From: Chitinispirillum sp.
GTDB taxonomy: Bacteria > Fibrobacterota > Chitinivibrionia > Chitinivibrionales > Chitinispirillaceae
Assembly: GCA_007115975.1 (NCBI GenBank)
Contig: SKJJ01000134.1
Coordinates: 52,249 to 116,248, forward strand
Direction: 5' to 3'
DNA length: 64,000 bases
The number at the start of each line of letters is the position of its first letter. The first letter of the stretch is position 1. The notes under the pieces are model-generated. The model had not been told where the DNA came from and did not search any database. It saw only the letters and a program-made list of their open reading frames with translations. Positions 60,434-64,000 of this stretch are shown piece by piece. The position numbers and the translations under genes are program-made.

Positions 60434-61333
60434 ATGTTAACTCCAGATGAACAGATAGATCAATATTTTTCAAAAAGGAAAAAAGGCCCCATGGATCCCA
60501 ATGATATCACCAGAGCAAAAAATGCCTATCAGGACAGCCCCAAATGGCTGCTTGCTGTAATCGTTATTCTTTTAGTAACTGTTGTTTTCTTCAGGCCTTG
60601 GGTTATAATCGGCGCCGGAGAAAGAGGTGTCGTAATGAATTTTGGTGCAGTACAGCAAGAGGTCCTCAACGAAGGGCTGCACATTAGAATACCGGTGATG
60701 CAGGTTGTTGTTCCAATGGATGTCAAGATTCAGAAGGTGGTAACAAAAGCTGCAGCAGCTTCTTCAGATCTCCAGGAGGTAAGTTCTGATGTGGCGCTGA
60801 ATTACCATGTGCTTCCGGACAAGGCAAATATCGTTTATCAGAGAACAGGCATTGATTTTAAGAACAGAATAATCGACCCTGCTATTCAGGAGGTGGTCAA
60901 AGCAGTAACAGCCCTTTATACTGCAGAACAACTTATTACCAAGCGTCCGGAAGTAAGCATAGCTATGAGAGAGGCCCTTTCCCAAAGACTTGAAGAACAT
61001 TTTATTTCCGTTGACGCTTTCTCAATTGTAGGTTTTAGTTTTTCAAAGACATTTATGGAAGCTATCGAAGATAAACAGACTGCTGAACAGCGTGCACTCA
61101 AGGCCCAAAGAGATCTGGAAAGAATAAAGATCGAAGCTGATCAGAAGATTACTACTGCCACCGCAGAGGCAGAAGCCCTGAGACTCCAGCGGGAGATTAT
61201 CTCCGCCGATCTTATTGAGCTCAGAAAAGTGGAAGCAACTATTAGAGGTATTGAAAAGTGGAACGGAATACTACCTAATGTCACCGGTGGCGCCGTACCA
61301 TTTATTGGTTTGGAAAATGTAACCGGTAAGTAA
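60434..61333 (+). CDS. SPFH/band-7 (prohibitin-like) membrane protein
   Basis: N-terminal TM, the SPFH core (GERGVVMNFGAVQQEVLNEGLHIRIP...), and a C-terminal coiled-coil with an Ala/Glu-rich heptad. Confidence 0.8.
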   Translation: MLTPDEQIDQYFSKRKKGPMDPNDITRAKNAYQDSPKWLLAVIVILLVTVVFFRPWVIIGAGERGVVMNFGAVQQEVLNEGLHIRIPVMQVVVPMDVKIQKVVTKAAAASSDLQEVSSDVALNYHVLPDKANIVYQRTGIDFKNRIIDPAIQEVVKAVTALYTAEQLITKRPEVSIAMREALSQRLEEHFISVDAFSIVGFSFSKTFMEAIEDKQTAEQRALKAQRDLERIKIEADQKITTATAEAEALRLQREIISADLIELRKVEATIRGIEKWNGILPNVTGGAVPFIGLENVTGK

Positions 61334-61358
61334 TCTTGCGGCTTAGTCCAAAAACTTT

Positions 61359-62756
61359 TTGACGTTAATGAATAAAGAGTGCACTTTGATGAAGACTCAA
61401 CTTAAAAACTGTTCTTTCCGTGATCCTTCGGGGTTTGTGTTTGTAAGAGATGGCGAAGTGTTCCGTCAGATAAACAGATCATATCAACCCCATTTTGACC
61501 TCTTAATCGAGTCCGGACTGTACAGTTCACTTTTAAAAAACGGAAAGATCGTCTCCCATGAGGAGACGGCGGAATTGTTTGATGAAAATTCCCGCGGCTA
61601 CAAAGTAATCAGACATGAAAAGATCCCCTTTATCTCCTATCCTTATGAGTGGTGTTTCAGCCAGTTCAGGGATGCCGCACTTCTTACCCTGGATATAGAG
61701 ATGCGTGCCCTTAAAAAAGGTATGTGTCTCAAGGATGCCAGTGCTTACAACGTTCAGTTTATCGGTTCAAAACCGGTGTTTATTGACACTCTCTCCTTTG
61801 AAAAGTACACGGAGGGAGAACCCTGGATAGCCTACAAACAGTTCTGTCAGCACTTCCTGGCTCCTCTTGTGCTCATGAAATACCACTCTGTCAGCTGCGC
61901 CAAAATGGCTGCCATATTTCTTGACGGAATCGATCTTGGCATTGCCAGCTCAATGCTTCCTTTTTCAACAAAACTCTCCTTTTCGCTACTGGCTCACATT
62001 CATCTTCATGCAGGGTTCCAGAAAAAGTACTCGGAAAAACCGCTTTCAGATAAAAAGATATCCCTGAATTCGAGGCTCGCATTAATTGACAGTTTGAAAT
62101 GCCTTGTAACCAAAATGGACCGCAAAATACCCCGCACTCAATGGGGTTCGTATTATACGGATATACACTATTCAGATGAAGCGTTGAATCACAAAAAGCA
62201 GATCGTGGAATCTTTTGTAAAAAGGATTACCCCACAGACTGTTTTTGATCTTGGGGGAAATGCCGGTGTTTTCAGCCGGATCGCATCCAAATTTGCATCC
62301 TATACCGTTTCCACTGATCTTGACCCCGAAGCCGTTGAACTCAACTACACCCAGGCATCAGAGGAAAAAGAGCGTACACTTCTTCCTCTGGTCATAGACC
62401 TTGCGAATCCATCGCCTGCAATTGGCTGGCAGAACAGTGAGCGATCATCATTTGTTCAGCGTGGTCCGGCGGATATGATTATGGCTCTTGCTCTGGTACA
62501 TCATCTTGTGATATCCAACAACTGTACTTTTAATATGGTCGCCGAATTTTTTGCATCACTGTGCAGATTTGCAATAGTGGAATTTATCCCCTATGATGAC
62601 AAGCAGATCAAGCTGATGCTTTCCACCAGAAAAGATATAGCTCACGAGTATAATCAGGATGTATTTGAGAGTGCTTTCGGAGAGTATTTCACGACTCTGG
62701 AAGTGTGTCCGTTGCATGATAGCGGCAGAAAGTTATATCTTTTTAAAAAGAGATGA
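61359..62756 (+). CDS. Hypothetical protein with C-terminal class I SAM-methyltransferase-like Rossmann motif
   Basis: VFDLGGNAGVFS motif I-like glycine loop around residue 290. The N-terminal 250 aa are unassigned. Confidence 0.45.
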   Translation: MTLMNKECTLMKTQLKNCSFRDPSGFVFVRDGEVFRQINRSYQPHFDLLIESGLYSSLLKNGKIVSHEETAELFDENSRGYKVIRHEKIPFISYPYEWCFSQFRDAALLTLDIEMRALKKGMCLKDASAYNVQFIGSKPVFIDTLSFEKYTEGEPWIAYKQFCQHFLAPLVLMKYHSVSCAKMAAIFLDGIDLGIASSMLPFSTKLSFSLLAHIHLHAGFQKKYSEKPLSDKKISLNSRLALIDSLKCLVTKMDRKIPRTQWGSYYTDIHYSDEALNHKKQIVESFVKRITPQTVFDLGGNAGVFSRIASKFASYTVSTDLDPEAVELNYTQASEEKERTLLPLVIDLANPSPAIGWQNSERSSFVQRGPADMIMALALVHHLVISNNCTFNMVAEFFASLCRFAIVEFIPYDDKQIKLMLSTRKDIAHEYNQDVFESAFGEYFTTLEVCPLHDSGRKLYLFKKR

Positions 62757-62769
62757 TCTGTACATTTCA

Positions 62770-62856
62770 GGAGAGGTGCCCGAGCGGTTGAAGGGGGCGG
62801 TCTCGAAAACCGTTGTACTCGCAAGAGTACCCAGGGTTCGAATCCCTGCCTCTCCG
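62770..62856 (+). tRNA. tRNA-Ser (anticodon CGA)
   Basis: 87 nt cloverleaf: acceptor GGAGAGG/CCTCTCC, anticodon loop CTCGAAA, a long variable arm GTACTCGCAAGAGTAC, and T-arm CCAGG-GTTCGAATC-CCTGC. No CCA is encoded. Confidence 0.85.
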
Positions 62857-62956
62857 AATTAAAACCAACCCCAGGTTTTTTCATCAAGCAGAAACAGCCA
62901 CAACCTGCTCTGGTTGTGGCTGTCGACGGGTTACAGTACAAACCATTCTGAAGTGT

Positions 62957-64000
62957 TTAATCGGTGACCACCGAAAATTTAGCCCTCTGCCTTTCAAAAT
63001 ATTTATGACCACCTATGGTAACCGAGAGGTCAAAATAGGCTAAATAGGTGCCAGTAGCAACAACCCGTCCATTTCTGTTTTTAAGATCCCACACCTTGAC
63101 TACTCTATTGTTTTCTTTAACGTCATCCATTGTACCATCAAACACAATATTTCCTAAATTATCATAGATATTCAAGACCCCTACTATCTTCTGATCGGGA
63201 GAACCACTGGGATAGAGAGTTGTAGCATTAAAAACAACTCCCTGCCTTTGACCCAACCCGGGAACAAGGACCTTGTCGCCTTTATAATAGGGACTCGGAC
63301 CGACATAAAACTCCCATTCAAAAGGCACCTTTCCTATCTCAAGGAGTGCTCTTCTGTTGAAAGGATTATGCTGTATATTGCCAGAGATATCACCCATATT
63401 CACCCCGGGGTTTATATAGAGAGAGTCAGCCTCTAGAGGAGATATCTGTTCAGGAGTTGTAGAGTGAACAATAAATCGGTATACACGGTTGTTTCTATTG
63501 ATATATGAGACATTCAAAGAATAAGTAAGCCCATCAGATCTTTTCAGATTAAACAGTAGATTGCCATTAAAATCAAGTGCAATATCTTCACTCATCCTGA
63601 CAACAAGAGTGTCGTTATCCGTTTTGCCATCTCTGAGGATCTTTCCATATCGGTAGGTAGCTGTAACAGCTACCGGTGCAGCCCTGTCCGAAACAGGGCC
63701 AGTAGCGTTATCAGTAAAACCCAGCTGCGAAACAGCTACAAACATTCTTCCGGATGTTTTCAGTTGAGAAGCACCACTAAACAGGTTTTCCATATCCACA
63801 ATGACAGAACTGCTGCTATTGGCTGTAATCCTTTCATCGGTAATTGCCCCGGTGATCTCTCCATCCCACTCAAATTTCAGACTCATATTCTGTGGTTCCA
63901 CATCTTCATTGAACCATATAATCACCTGATCCACCATTCCGTCTGCGCTTTTATCATAGTAAAATGCGGAGTCGATCTGCGGAGGCGGCTGATTCTTCTC
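62957..64000 (-). CDS. Hypothetical secreted/beta-rich protein; 5' end beyond window
   Basis: The reading frame stays open past the listed Met to the window edge. It is rich in Gly/Asn/Thr repeats. No motif recognised. Confidence 0.45.
   Translation of the reverse strand, partial: EKNQPPPQIDSAFYYDKSADGMVDQVIIWFNEDVEPQNMSLKFEWDGEITGAITDERITANSSSSVIVDMENLFSGASQLKTSGRMFVAVSQLGFTDNATGPVSDRAAPVAVTATYRYGKILRDGKTDNDTLVVRMSEDIALDFNGNLLFNLKRSDGLTYSLNVSYINRNNRVYRFIVHSTTPEQISPLEADSLYINPGVNMGDISGNIQHNPFNRRALLEIGKVPFEWEFYVGPSPYYKGDKVLVPGLGQRQGVVFNATTLYPSGSPDQKIVGVLNIYDNLGNIVFDGTMDDVKENNRVVKVWDLKNRNGRVVATGTYLAYFDLSVTIGGHKYFERQRAKFSVVTD

Noticed and set aside
1-64000. CRISPR arrays, prophage, integrase or transposase
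   Set aside because: There are no regularly spaced direct repeats with unique spacers. The tRNA-Ser at 62770-62856 has no integrase next to it. No transposase-like ORF was seen.

Overview
This is a 64 kb chromosomal window from a bacterium, read by eye from the sequence and the six-frame ORF track. It is probably a member of the FCB superphylum (Fibrobacteres/Chlorobi/Bacteroidetes group). Three observations point that way: several secreted proteins end in T9SS/Por-type C-terminal sorting domains, the sigma-70 factor is a short 283 aa form lacking region 1.1, and there are compact ParE/ParC-like type IIA topoisomerase subunits. The promoters I could recognise nevertheless look E. coli-like (TTGACA-17-TATACT), so the organism is probably not a classical Bacteroidetes. 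The window is mostly housekeeping or accessory-metabolic, gene-dense and on both strands.

Genes, in order:
- a 5'-truncated clan GH-A glycoside hydrolase
- an ArsR regulator plus a tiny membrane protein
- a membrane-GAF-GGDEF diguanylate cyclase
- an IMPase-family phosphatase, signal peptidase I and an MFS transporter
- an OppA/B/C-type ABC importer without its ATPases
- a frameshifted T9SS-tailed secreted protein
- a LonB/YcbZ-type Lon-like protease, RsmE, a short primary-type sigma-70 and ClpB
- two adjacent giant secreted peptidases that share duplicated modules: a metzincin with CBMs, and a clan-CD cysteine peptidase with a LamG domain
- a LOG-family protein, a radical SAM/SPASM enzyme, an RlpA-like protein, a ferritin-like protein and an AKR fused to a 4Fe-4S domain
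- a translationally coupled type IIA topoisomerase B/A pair with an unusually short A subunit
- MscS, an AEC transporter and an OlsB/OlsA-like (GlsB/GlsA-like) aminolipid acyltransferase pair
- LpdA, then a TolC-MFP-ABC(MacB-like) efflux cluster with two FtsX-type permeases
- a module of two tandem DUF2294/MpsC-like genes plus a 629 aa protein carrying an HprK/PEPCK-type P-loop, with a promoter and double-hairpin leader between the two small genes
- LigA, an SPFH protein, a methyltransferase-like protein and tRNA-Ser(CGA)

Unexplained features:
- two families of short GC-rich intergenic repeats of about 30 bp, clustered especially at 44.6-45.0 kb
- several long gene-free structured regions at 2.06-2.96 kb, 50.7-50.9 kb and 59.75-60.43 kb
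- a sigma-54-like promoter with an adjacent palindrome
- a perfect GGTGATA-N11-TATCACC palindrome in the sigma/clpB divergent region

There is no CRISPR array, rRNA, integrase or transposase.

The best candidate for an undescribed system is the DUF2294-leader-DUF2294-P-loop cluster, with its nested-palindrome upstream element. The domain calls there rest on motif recall and need an HMM search to confirm.
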